Assembly (NCBI GenBank): GCA_029856145.1
Contig: JAHQWK010000001.1
Coordinates: forward strand, 128,001-192,000
Direction: 5' to 3'
DNA: 64,000 nucleotides
Source of the DNA: Promethearchaeia archaeon
Lineage (GTDB): Archaea; Asgardarchaeota; Lokiarchaeia; Sigyniarchaeales; SOKP01
Shown piece after piece: positions 1 to 9,395 of this stretch. Both the position numbers and the translations under genes were made by a program. Every line of letters begins with the position of its first letter. Position 1 is the first letter of the stretch. The notes under the pieces were generated by a model. The model searched no databases. It saw nothing but the letters and a program-made list of their open reading frames with translations, and was not told where the DNA came from.

Positions 1-1
1 A

Positions 2-607
2 AATGATGTTTTAATAATTTCAGACGAAATTCATCATGACTTAATTCTTTCGGGATATAAGCATACTCTTTTTTCTACAATATCAGAAGATTTTGAGAAA
101 AACACAATTATGTGTACAGCACCAAGTAAAACTTTTAATATTGCTGGCTTAAAAACTTCTAATATAATTATTCCAGACGAAAAGATGAGAGAATCATTCT
201 CAAATACAATATCCAAGAGGAACAGTGTGATGAGTCCTAATGCTTTTGGTATAGTTGCATTAATAGCTGCATATAATGAAGGAGAAGAGTGGTTAGATCA
301 AGTAATGAAATATATAGAAGCTAATTTTGAGTTTTTAAAGGAATTTGTTAATGAAAAACTCCCTAACGTTGATTTTATTGAGCCTGAAGGAACTTATCTC
401 GCTTGGTTAGATTGTAATAGATTGGGAATGGATGATGAAAAACTTAGTGATTTTATGTTAAAAAAAGCAAAAGTTGCATTAGATGATGGTAAAATATTTG
501 GTCCCGGGGGAGTAGGATTTGAAAGAATAAATATAGGATGTCCACGATCAATATTAAAAGAATGTATGAATAGAATAGTTAATGCCTTAAAAGAAAAATC
601 TCCCTAA
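2..607 (+). CDS. MalY/PatB-family PLP-dependent C-S lyase/aminotransferase, 5' end outside the window
   Basis: Frame is open from base 2 (NDVLIISDEIHHD), then APSKTFNIAGL (PLP lysine), EGTYLAWLD and FERINIGCPRS. Confidence 0.88.
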   Translation, partial: NDVLIISDEIHHDLILSGYKHTLFSTISEDFEKNTIMCTAPSKTFNIAGLKTSNIIIPDEKMRESFSNTISKRNSVMSPNAFGIVALIAAYNEGEEWLDQVMKYIEANFEFLKEFVNEKLPNVDFIEPEGTYLAWLDCNRLGMDDEKLSDFMLKKAKVALDDGKIFGPGGVGFERINIGCPRSILKECMNRIVNALKEKSP

Positions 608-634
608 TTTTTATATCCCACACTTGTAGTAAAT

Positions 635-1162
635 CTAATAAATTAATAAGGTTTGATTCCTTCTTGAATCGCTATTTATTAAATCTCTAAATTTTTCATT
701 ATCTTCATCAATAAATTCCCAGAATTCATTATAAATTTCCTTAAGGGTCATTTTTCTTTTCTGGGACGCAATATTTTGATTATTTAGGCACTTTTTTACA
801 TCGTTTTTGGGTATCTTAGGTCTATATTCAAGATAATTACCCTCCAAAATTAAATTATCAAAAAGTTCATTGTCATTTTGTTTGAGATTCCTAGAATTAG
901 AATTCTTTTCTTGATTTAACTTATTCTCAAATTCAAAATCGACTCTTTGATATCCACGTACCTGGAACTGTTTATCCACAAATGCTTGGAACTGATGATC
1001 ACATACCAATCCTCTTGCAATTGACATTGTAGTTAATTGTTTTGCTTCAACAATAACAGAATTAGGAATTTCTAATAATTTCTTTGATTTGCAAACTGGA
1101 CAAATAAATTCAACCTTAGATGTATCGATACTTATATTGGTCTTAACTTCTGTAACTGCCAT
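635..1162 (-). CDS. Hypothetical protein with an N-terminal Zn-finger-like domain
   Basis: CPVC...CDH followed by FVDKQFQVRGYQ; similar motif in 21826-22422; GAAGGTG RBS upstream. Confidence 0.7.
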   Translation of the reverse strand: MAVTEVKTNISIDTSKVEFICPVCKSKKLLEIPNSVIVEAKQLTTMSIARGLVCDHQFQAFVDKQFQVRGYQRVDFEFENKLNQEKNSNSRNLKQNDNELFDNLILEGNYLEYRPKIPKNDVKKCLNNQNIASQKRKMTLKEIYNEFWEFIDEDNEKFRDLINSDSRRNQTLLIY

Positions 1163-1282
1163 TATAACACCTTCTTGAGATTATCTAAAATTAATAATAA
1201 AAACCCCATTTAATTGTTAGAAATTGGGATAAGATTTAAGAAAAGAGAGATAAAACATTAAGTAATTTATTAATATTCCCTA

Positions 1283-1798
1283 TTAGGTATTATCGGGATC
1301 AAATTTAATATTCATATTACTTTCATCTAATTCAAAAATTATCTCTAAATTTGTTATAAAATCACTCTCTACTTTGAAAACGTGTTCACCTTCAGTAAAC
1401 ATTTTCAAGGAATTCTCATCTACTTTGATTAAAACGCTAATACTATCACCTAAGTCAATAGTTCTTCCACTAAGTTTGCCTTCCAAAACATCATTAATAT
1501 TAAATGACTCTCCTATATGATAAATCAATAAACGATTCTTAATATTATCTAAATTAAAACTTTCCTTAGTAAAATTTAATGGTATATCATCTAAGAGAAG
1601 TTTACCATATTGTGATATATCAAAACTATTAGAATCAAATTCTTTTAAACTAAAATCTCCTATTTCAATATGTTCGGGAATAACAAATGGTATAATTAAA
1701 TTCAGAACTTTTATTTGGAGAGAATCTGCATTTCCATTACTAGTAGTATCTACAGTAAAAACACTTTTCTTACTGGGAAATAGCTTCCTTAGGAGCAC
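1283..1798 (-). CDS. Hypothetical protein
   Basis: 171 aa ORF with GTG start; frame stays open about 11 codons further upstream. Confidence 0.6.
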   Translation of the reverse strand: MLLRKLFPSKKSVFTVDTTSNGNADSLQIKVLNLIIPFVIPEHIEIGDFSLKEFDSNSFDISQYGKLLLDDIPLNFTKESFNLDNIKNRLLIYHIGESFNINDVLEGKLSGRTIDLGDSISVLIKVDENSLKMFTEGEHVFKVESDFITNLEIIFELDESNMNIKFDPDNT

Positions 1799-1882
1799 TT
1801 TAAAGGCAGATAAATCATATGGGATAAGCGTTCAACCTATTAATTTTTCATGAATTATTTATAAATTTAAATATTTAAAATA

Positions 1883-2917
1883 TTAAAATTTTTCTACTTC
1901 AGAAATCTTTATGGGACGATTCTCTTCATATGATTTCTGAGCAGCTAATGCAATTAGAACATTTTGTAGTCCATCTTCCCCGTTTGGCTTAGGTTCTATA
2001 TTTTTACGCAAACATTCAAAGAAATACTTCAATTCATTTGAATATGATTCCATATATCGTTCCATGAAAAAATATGGTATCTTATCAATATTAGTATATT
2101 CAGCAGTATAAATACGAACAGTGTTAGTTACCTCATTATCAGCCACTACACATCCTTTAGAACCAAATACTTCCACACGTTGATCATACCCATAAACGGC
2201 CTGACGAGTATTATCGATTATTCCTATAGCACCACTTTTAAATTTTAAAATGACCACAGCAGTATCTATATCTCCTGCCTTCCCAATTTCAGGATCAATA
2301 AGTACTGCTCCAGTTGCATAGATTTCCTCGACTTCACTCCCAGTTTGGAATCTTGCCATGTCCCAATCATGGATGGTCATATCAAGAAAAATTCCTCCTG
2401 AAACCTTTATATAGGCTATTGGAGGGGGCACGGGATCTCGAGAAGTAATTTTAACAATTTGAGGTTCACCAATTTGACCAGAAGCAACTGATTCATGGCA
2501 CCTCATAAAATTGCGATCAAAACGTCTATTAAACCCAATCATGAGTTTTATACCCATTTCTTTAACAACTGAAAGTGTCTCTTTAATTCGCTTTATATCT
2601 GTATCAATAGGTTTCTCACAAAAAACATTTTTATTCGCCTTGGCAGCATCTTGAATAAATTTCGTATGAGTGTCTGTAGAAGAACAAATCACAACTATAT
2701 CAATTTCAGGATCATTAATAATTTCATATGCGTCTGAAGTGAGTTTAGGTGCCCCAATTTCTACTGCCCATTGCCTCAATTCATCCTTGATTTCTATGTC
2801 AGCTATGATTTTTAAATTAACATCGCGGATTTTCCGTAATAGATTTTTAATATGTATTTTGCCAATTCTACCGGCCCCGATTACTCCTACAGTAAATATT
2901 TTTCCCAAATATATCAC
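1883..2917 (-). CDS. iolG: Inositol 2-dehydrogenase (Gfo/Idh/MocA family)
   Basis: GAGRIG, CEKP, GFNRRFD, ITSRDP, DMTIHD and YGYDQRVEVFG motifs. Confidence 0.9.
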   Translation of the reverse strand: MIYLGKIFTVGVIGAGRIGKIHIKNLLRKIRDVNLKIIADIEIKDELRQWAVEIGAPKLTSDAYEIINDPEIDIVVICSSTDTHTKFIQDAAKANKNVFCEKPIDTDIKRIKETLSVVKEMGIKLMIGFNRRFDRNFMRCHESVASGQIGEPQIVKITSRDPVPPPIAYIKVSGGIFLDMTIHDWDMARFQTGSEVEEIYATGAVLIDPEIGKAGDIDTAVVILKFKSGAIGIIDNTRQAVYGYDQRVEVFGSKGCVVADNEVTNTVRIYTAEYTNIDKIPYFFMERYMESYSNELKYFFECLRKNIEPKPNGEDGLQNVLIALAAQKSYEENRPIKISEVEKF

Positions 2918-3068
2918 TTAAAACCTTAAAATGTTTAAATTTCAGAATTTTTAAAGAGTGTTCTACCTTTAAAATTTCTGATAAAGAATTATAGATTTAT
3001 ATTTATTTAAGTCTAAATTGATTTAATTAATTAAAATTTTATTATCAAAAAATAAAAGTGTTAGCTTA

Positions 3069-4274
3069 ATGACTGAAACGAATATTCAAATTTATAGATC
3101 TCGTTGGAAAGTTCTTTTACTCTTTATGTTTGTAAATATTACCTTACAAATGTTATGGATAAGTTTTGCTTCAATAACAATTGAAGCAGCAGTTTTTTAT
3201 GGTGTAGCAGAATTAGAAATTCTTTTTTTATCTTTGGTATTTATGATTGCTTATATACCAGTTACATTCTTAGCTTCATGGATAATTGATAAATATGATT
3301 TTAGAATTGGGGCAGGAATTGGTGTTATACTTGCTGGAATTTTTGGGTTTTTACGATTTTTTGCTGGCAATGATTATATGTTGCTGTTAATATTTCAGAT
3401 AGGAATTGCGATTGGTCAACCCTTCCTTTTAAATAGTATTACTAGGCTTTCAGCAAATTGGTTTCCAGAATCAGAAAGAACCTCGGCAACAGGATTATCT
3501 ATGATTTCTCAATTTATTGGAATTATGTTAGGAGTGTTAATAACACCATTTATTGTTGAGGCTGTTAATATTCCAATAATGATATTAATATATGGAATAT
3601 TAGCTTTAATTTCTGGAGCACTTTTTATTATTTTTGCGAAAAATAAACCACCCACTCCCCCCTCTAGTGAAAGTTCAAGGGAAAAAGTTTTAATGGGCGA
3701 GGGTTTGAAGCAATTATTTTTGAATAAATACTTTTTAATATTATTTATAACATTCTTCTTTGGATTAGGTATTTTTAACTTTATCACATCCTACATTGAA
3801 TTAATTGTATTTCCGAGGGGATTTGATGCAACTGATGCTGGACTTCTTGGCGGTTTAATGCTAATAGGTGGAATTGTTGGTTGTGTTATAATGTCAGCTC
3901 TATCTGATAAGTATAAAAAGCATAAAATGTTACTTATTATTTCAATTCTAATAGCAACCATTTCGTTATTTATAATCACTTTTTCCTACGATCCAATACT
4001 ATTATACTTGTTTAGCTTTCTTTTAGGCTATGGAGTTTTGTCTGCAGGGCCAGTAGCCTTAGAATATGCTGTAGATTTAACAAAACCCGTTCCAGAAGCA
4101 AGTTCGAATGGTATGTTAATGATGATTGGTCAATTTGGAGGAATAATTTTTATACTCTTTTTTGAAGGATTTACAACCCCATTAGGAGATTATTTTCCAA
4201 CGTTGTTGCTGGAATCGATTTTTCTTTTAATTGTATTGGTTATAGTTTTCTTTCTAAAAGAAAAATCAGATTAA
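3069..4274 (+). CDS. MFS transporter, FLVCR/SLC49-like
   Basis: About 12 hydrophobic segments; YRSRW at the N-terminus; GQPF..N...LSANWFP.SER motif. Confidence 0.85.
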   Translation: MTETNIQIYRSRWKVLLLFMFVNITLQMLWISFASITIEAAVFYGVAELEILFLSLVFMIAYIPVTFLASWIIDKYDFRIGAGIGVILAGIFGFLRFFAGNDYMLLLIFQIGIAIGQPFLLNSITRLSANWFPESERTSATGLSMISQFIGIMLGVLITPFIVEAVNIPIMILIYGILALISGALFIIFAKNKPPTPPSSESSREKVLMGEGLKQLFLNKYFLILFITFFFGLGIFNFITSYIELIVFPRGFDATDAGLLGGLMLIGGIVGCVIMSALSDKYKKHKMLLIISILIATISLFIITFSYDPILLYLFSFLLGYGVLSAGPVALEYAVDLTKPVPEASSNGMLMMIGQFGGIIFILFFEGFTTPLGDYFPTLLLESIFLLIVLVIVFFLKEKSD

Positions 4275-4281
4275 AACTAAC

Positions 4282-4295
4282 TTTTTTTTTTTTTT
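4282..4295 (+). terminator. Oligo-T tract, putative archaeal intrinsic terminator
   Basis: T14 starting 8 nt after the MFS stop, between convergent genes. Confidence 0.5.
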
Positions 4296-4371
4296 AAAAT
4301 TTTTTATAGAAAAGGATATAGATCTATTAATATCAGTATAGTTGAAAATAAAAAAAAGGAATGAATTTTAG

Positions 4372-4854
4372 TTATATTTGTGCTCCACAATATGCACAAT
4401 ATTGCGCATTTTCTTTTGTTATAGGCGTTCCACAATTAGAACAATATTTCGTTCGTTCTTCTGAAACAACTTCTTTCTCTGGTATTGATAGGTGTTTAAT
4501 CTGCCCAGTAGTTGTATTAAATTTTCCTATTAATTGACTTGAAGCTTTCAAATCTAAAATGATCGCATGAATATCTTTTCTTGAGATTCCTGTACTTTTA
4601 CTAATATCTTCTATGGTTGCCTCTGGATTTTCTTGAAATTCTGCCAAAATAACATTTCTTAATTTACTTCTATTTGTTATTGCATAAATTTGACTCATTA
4701 AAATCGCTATTCCAATACCCGTTGAGATAAAACCCCACCATGACCATGCATCCCATGGAATAAATGAGGAAATCCCCCAATAGAGGAATGCACCAGCAAT
4801 TATTAACGCACAAATGGAGAAACCTTCAGAATATTGATTTTTTTCATATTTCAC
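4372..4854 (-). CDS. Two-TM membrane protein with an HTH-like middle region and a C-terminal double zinc ribbon
   Basis: Two TM segments; CSNCG...CAYCG at the C-terminus. Confidence 0.75.
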   Translation of the reverse strand: MKYEKNQYSEGFSICALIIAGAFLYWGISSFIPWDAWSWWGFISTGIGIAILMSQIYAITNRSKLRNVILAEFQENPEATIEDISKSTGISRKDIHAIILDLKASSQLIGKFNTTTGQIKHLSIPEKEVVSEERTKYCSNCGTPITKENAQYCAYCGAQI

Positions 4855-5007
4855 TTTAATTCACTAATGTTTTTTTTATTTACATAATTTATATAGAATA
4901 TTGGTAAGTAGTTTGGAAATTTTATAAATATTTAGATTACTTTTTATAAGCTTAATATCAATTAACACTTTAAAAACAAAACAAGATGGACAGATTATAA
5001 TTCCTGG

Positions 5008-5364
5008 TTAATTTGTTTTAACACATTTATTTATAACATCAAAAATTTGAGAAAAATCTAATTGATCATCCAATAATGTTATAATTATTTTACCCATAAA
5101 TTTAATTGAAAATATATAATAGTTGCTTGCATGAATTAAATTAAAATCAGGGTTATGAACTCCAATTTCCAAGGCAATTTCTTCGGCTAATTCATATAAC
5201 TGCGACATATTTAACCCTATTGAAGTTTTATTAAATTCTTGGTTAATATACGATTTAATGACAGCACCATTCTCAGAAGTAATTATAACAAAATATAATC
5301 CTGATTCTCCAAATTCTTTGATTAAAGAGTCAAGAACTAAATCGACTTCTAGAGTTACAGTCAT
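5008..5364 (-). CDS. Roadblock/LC7- or profilin-fold small protein
   Basis: 118 aa; helix - VIITSENGAVI - helix - beta hairpin - C-terminal helix pattern. Confidence 0.55.
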   Translation of the reverse strand: MTVTLEVDLVLDSLIKEFGESGLYFVIITSENGAVIKSYINQEFNKTSIGLNMSQLYELAEEIALEIGVHNPDFNLIHASNYYIFSIKFMGKIIITLLDDQLDFSQIFDVINKCVKTN

Positions 5365-5489
5365 TGTGATATAATTTAATGGTTTGCTTATTTATAATTT
5401 TAGGTAAAATTTAATATTTCTATTCTAAATCTTACAGTAATTCTAAATTACTAAAAATAATTGCTTTAAAAGGCTGTTTTAGATACTAT

Positions 5490-6308
5490 TTATATCTTAA
5501 AATATTGGTCAATCACACCTTCAAATTCATGAAACGGGCTCAAATCCCCTTTAAACCCTATTACATGAGAAGTATAATATGTATCTAAGAACTCTTCTAC
5601 AATTAATTGCATATATCTTTTAATATTTTCAGATCTCTTATTTTTATCAATAATATATGCAAAAATAACATTTTTCTTAGTTTTTAAGAATAAATGACAA
5701 CCCCCAAGATTTACATCCTCAAGTTTTAATCCGTATTCTTCACCAGCAATAAAATCTTGAGCATATATCAATATCGCTGAAATAAAGCCAGCGATTTGGA
5801 AATTGTTATTTGCCATATTAGGTCTATTTTTATTCACTTTTGAAAAATATAAAAACCCAGCTTTATCTATAATAAAAAGACCAATTAATCCTTTGGCTTT
5901 GGGAATAGTGATTATATTATGACATATTTTTCTTAACCCTGTTTCCAATGTGTCAGAACTTATATTATTGTATATTCTTTTTGATAAATAATATAGGTTG
6001 GTATAGTTCATTAGATTTTCTGTTTTATCAATGTACATAAGAATTAACTTACTATTTTGCTTTATTTCAAAGAAGTTAATATACACAGTAAGATTCCCGA
6101 TATTATCTTTTATATATCCTTGTCTTTTAGTAAGTATGTCATTTTTATATAAATCAATAATTTTTCTTGTAAGTGTGATACCAATTCCTTTTTGGAAAAA
6201 AATCTCAAGATTTCCCTCTATATTTATCTCTGAGATAGTAAAACCTCGTAATTGATAAATTTGGAAATTTTCCTCTAATTCTTGGTAGTTATTATTTATT
6301 GTAATCAT
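5490..6308 (-). CDS. Hypothetical protein with a C-terminal longin/roadblock-like domain
   Basis: LFIIDKAG...IAGFISAI...FLDTY...F.GDLSPF.EFE pattern typical of Asgard longin-like domains. Confidence 0.6.
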   Translation of the reverse strand: MITINNNYQELEENFQIYQLRGFTISEINIEGNLEIFFQKGIGITLTRKIIDLYKNDILTKRQGYIKDNIGNLTVYINFFEIKQNSKLILMYIDKTENLMNYTNLYYLSKRIYNNISSDTLETGLRKICHNIITIPKAKGLIGLFIIDKAGFLYFSKVNKNRPNMANNNFQIAGFISAILIYAQDFIAGEEYGLKLEDVNLGGCHLFLKTKKNVIFAYIIDKNKRSENIKRYMQLIVEEFLDTYYTSHVIGFKGDLSPFHEFEGVIDQYFKI

Positions 6309-6715
6309 TGATTTATAATAATTTTTTTGTGCTTATTTTTTCCTTTTGTGTTAATAAATTAATCACGATTAATATATTTAAATCTTTTTGGATTAAAAAA
6401 CTTTAAAACAATAAAGATTTTTGACAACAAAAAGTGAACCAATAAGATCTTTAATTTATAAAAAATAAATTAAACAATACCATCTAAATTAATAAAATAG
6501 AATTCCTGGAATTTTATGAAATAAAAATGATTAGAATTTATTTGTTATTTAAATAATTTTGTACTATGTCAAAATCAGATTATCTAAAATAAATAAGCCC
6601 CTTATGTTTTATAACGGAATAGTTCAGGATTTGCATTTATCAGCATGATATAAAATGAATGTAAAAATAATAAGAGAAAAAAAAAAAAAAGTATAATATA
6701 TCATCTCAATATATT

Positions 6716-7549
6716 TTACTTTTCATCAATAGTTAATGAGGTTTTTAATTCTTCTGCTAATGTCCCTAGTTTATGGGCCGTAGATGTTACTTCTTCCATT
6801 GAAGCAGTCTGTTCTTCTGCAGAAGCACTAATTCCTTCCATAGCACTAAACGAATAATTAATTTTATTAATTACTTCTTTGATCTTATTGTTTGTTTCTC
6901 GGACAGCACCTTTTGATTCCTCAGCTAATTTTCTAACCTCATCTGCGACTACCGCGAAACCTCTTCCTTGCTCACCAGCTCTCCCCGCTTCAATACTGGC
7001 ATTTAAAGCTAATAAATTAGTCTGATCTGAGATGTTTGTTATAATACTCATTACACTGTTAATCTCGTTAGTTGATCTCATAACGTCTTGAGTATTAGTT
7101 GTCATTTCTTGGGTTGATGAAGCTATTTCTTCTGATGCTGCGTTCACTTCACTGGCACTTGCAGCAAGTTCATTAGCAATATTCGCTACATTTATGCTTG
7201 CATTTGATGCGGCCTCAATTACTCCTTTCATATTGTTACTCGATTTTTCAAGTTTTTGTTCTAAGAAAGGAATGACAGCAAAAAATAAAGCAACTACTCC
7301 CATAAACAAAGCAAAACTTTCACCAAAAGCATCGGCATAATCCGAATTCCATAGTTGCCACTTATCAAGAAGATTCCCTAGAGTATATAGAGCACCTCCA
7401 ATTACAGAAAATACGTATATAGCGTTTGTAGGTGTCCTTTTTTTATAATAAATAAACACAGATATTAAAACTGCGATAAAAAAGAAAAGCATACCCACTA
7501 AATTAAGCCCACCGTCAAGCAAATCTGCTGGATCTATTTGTAATAACAT
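6716..7549 (-). CDS. Methyl-accepting chemotaxis-like protein (3 TM plus short signalling domain)
   Basis: [40 protein letters not shown] signature; methylation-type SEEIASS and SAEEQ. Confidence 0.92.
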   Translation of the reverse strand: MLLQIDPADLLDGGLNLVGMLFFFIAVLISVFIYYKKRTPTNAIYVFSVIGGALYTLGNLLDKWQLWNSDYADAFGESFALFMGVVALFFAVIPFLEQKLEKSSNNMKGVIEAASNASINVANIANELAASASEVNAASEEIASSTQEMTTNTQDVMRSTNEINSVMSIITNISDQTNLLALNASIEAGRAGEQGRGFAVVADEVRKLAEESKGAVRETNNKIKEVINKINYSFSAMEGISASAEEQTASMEEVTSTAHKLGTLAEELKTSLTIDEK

Positions 7550-7557
7550 TTATTTTC

Positions 7558-7866
7558 TCACCGCTCCATCTTTTTGGTTGGTAATTTGATTTGTTTTCCT
7601 TTTAAAACTTTATTGTAGTACTCGTAAATTGCTGCGAGACAGAATAAAATTCCTGCTAGCATCGAAAAAAAGTGTTCCATGAAATTAAAAGTCTCAGGTG
7701 CTATAAAAGCTTCTAGGTTTGTTGAAAGGAATGTCATAAAAACACAATAATAACCTGGAAACCATTTCATAATATCCCGCCTCTTCTTTAAAAGATAGGG
7801 AGAAAATGCCACTGGAATGGCTAAGATTATTAAAACGGTTAATTCATTTATTTCTAAACTTGGCAT
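7558..7866 (-). CDS. Small 3-TM membrane protein, probably co-transcribed with the MCP
   Basis: Hydrophobic 102 aa; 8-nt gap to the MCP start. Confidence 0.7.
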   Translation of the reverse strand: MPSLEINELTVLIILAIPVAFSPYLLKKRRDIMKWFPGYYCVFMTFLSTNLEAFIAPETFNFMEHFFSMLAGILFCLAAIYEYYNKVLKGKQIKLPTKKMER

Positions 7867-8067
7867 TTAGTATTCATTTCTTAAATGGTTTGCAAAACTA
7901 TTCTATAAAATAAAATCCCTTCCTTTGATTTTATTTTAAGATGTTTTTTTATAACTAATATTAGTTTTTGTATATAAATATTTCTTTTTTGACCCTTTTT
8001 ATAATGCTCTACACAAAAATCATTTATAAGGCTATATCTGTATTTTGTCATTAATGAAAAACCTCAA

Positions 8068-8265
8068 AAAGAAAAAGGAATTTTATTTGAAAAATTCGGT
8101 AAAATTGAACGATATGGCATGGATTTAGGGGTTGATATTGAAGGTTCTGGGCTTGGATTATACATTTCAAAAGAAATAATTGAATTACATAACGGTCAAA
8201 TTCTCGTAGAATCTGAAGGAAGACATAAAGGAGCTCTATTTACTGCTAGATTATTTAAAAATTAG
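8068..8265 (+). pseudogene. C-terminal remnant of a sensor histidine kinase HATPase_c domain
   Basis: Hand translation gives KEKGILFEKFGKIERYGMDLGVDIEGSGLGLYISKEIIELHNGQILVESEGRHKGALFTARLFKN* (F and G2 boxes); no H, N or G1 box upstream; in-frame TAA at 8002-8004. Confidence 0.85.
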
Positions 8266-8269
8266 GGAA

Positions 8270-8344
8270 TGGGCCAGGCAGGATTCGAACCTGCGATATC
8301 CCAGTCCGAAGCCGGGCACCCTATCCAGACTAGATTACAGGCCC
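8270..8344 (-). tRNA. tRNA-Arg(TCG)
   Basis: Reverse complement GGGCCTGTAATCTAGTCTGGATAGGGTG-CCCGG-CTTCGGA-CTGGG-ATATC-GCAGG-TTCGAAT-CCTGC-CTGGCCC-A folds as a cloverleaf; CCA not encoded. Confidence 0.92.
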
Positions 8345-8476
8345 TAAAATTAAGGGTAAAAAACTTGTAAGTTAAATTACTTTCATTCATTATTTCTAAA
8401 AAATCTTTTTGTTTAACTATAATGAATGTACAAACTCATTCTTGAGCTCATTAAAAGAAAAGTAAGTAAAATAAAA

Positions 8477-8911
8477 TTATTTCAGTTTTTTAAAACCATT
8501 GTTTAAATATACCAAGAACATTCGAAATAATTTTATAAATCTTAAACCTTGAGAGAGATCTCCATCAACCTTTATTAATCCTTTCATAAACGCATCAGTT
8601 CCATACATTTCGCGCTTTAAAATTTTGATTAGTATCTCTTTAGTGTATTTAACTGTAAATGATGCGCTTCTGTTAATTCCTTTTTTATAAATAATTGAAC
8701 CATTAGATACTTTTAACCAAAAATTAAAATTTAAGTCAGTAATGATGATTTGGTATATATAATTGTAATCTTCTATTTCTTCTCTTAAATCTTCAGTATT
8801 TATGAATTTATCAACTGCGAAATTGATGAGTTTGTCTAATACCACGATTAATTCTCCATCGTGTTTTTCTATATTATTAAGAACCGAATTGAAACTCTTC
8901 GAATTAAGCAT
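8477..8911 (-). CDS. SCP2 sterol/lipid-binding domain protein
   Basis: DAFMKGLIKVDGDL SCP2 C-terminal motif. Confidence 0.8.
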   Translation of the reverse strand: MLNSKSFNSVLNNIEKHDGELIVVLDKLINFAVDKFINTEDLREEIEDYNYIYQIIITDLNFNFWLKVSNGSIIYKKGINRSASFTVKYTKEILIKILKREMYGTDAFMKGLIKVDGDLSQGLRFIKLFRMFLVYLNNGFKKLK

Positions 8912-9130
8912 AGTATAGATACTTGATACTAATTCAAATATATTATATTGTTATACCTAAATATTCCTTATAATCTACATCCCCTTTAAGCAATATAAAT
9001 CTTTCTATTGGATGTAAAACAAGCTTTTCAGAATAAAATTTTTATATTTTCATATATTTTCTATTCTGAGAATATAAATTTATATAATAAAACTTTTATA
9101 TACTCATCTGTATTTAATAAAAATGACTTT

Positions 9131-9238
9131 GCGGCTATAGTGTAGCCCGGTCTAGCATTCGGGACTGTCACTCCTGCGACAATGCGTGACTAAACGTCGC
9201 TCATCGTGAAGCGGGTTCAAATCCCGCTAGCCGCGCCA
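9131..9238 (+). tRNA. tRNA-Asp(GTC) with a 30-nt insertion (putative non-canonical intron 9181-9210) and encoded CCA
   Basis: Acceptor GCGGCTA/TAGCCGC; anticodon arm CGGGA-CTGTCAC-TCCTG; T arm GCGGG-TTCAAAT-CCCGC; G73 then CCA. Confidence 0.9.
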
Positions 9239-9395
9239 CTTTAACATAATTTCATGAATTCTTAATTTTCAATTAGATAAAAAAGTTAGTATAATTTATT
9301 GAGATTCTAAATTGAACTTTATAGATTGAATTAATAAAAAAAAAAAGAAAATGATTCTTTGAAAGTCTTTTAGGTTGTTTCTATTTGTTCCTTTC

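Noticed and set aside
4040-4060. GGGCCAG as an att copy of the tRNA-Arg 3' end
   Set aside because: Only 7 bp and inside an intact CDS; expected by chance.
8270-8344. tRNA-Pro(CGG) reading
   Set aside because: The stem register puts TCG at positions 34-36, and the D-loop GGATA fits tRNA-Arg.
9131-9238. tRNA-Sec reading (TCA in the loop plus a long extra arm)
   Set aside because: The centred anticodon is GTC, the fold is 7/5 rather than 9/4, and the insert is better explained as an intron.
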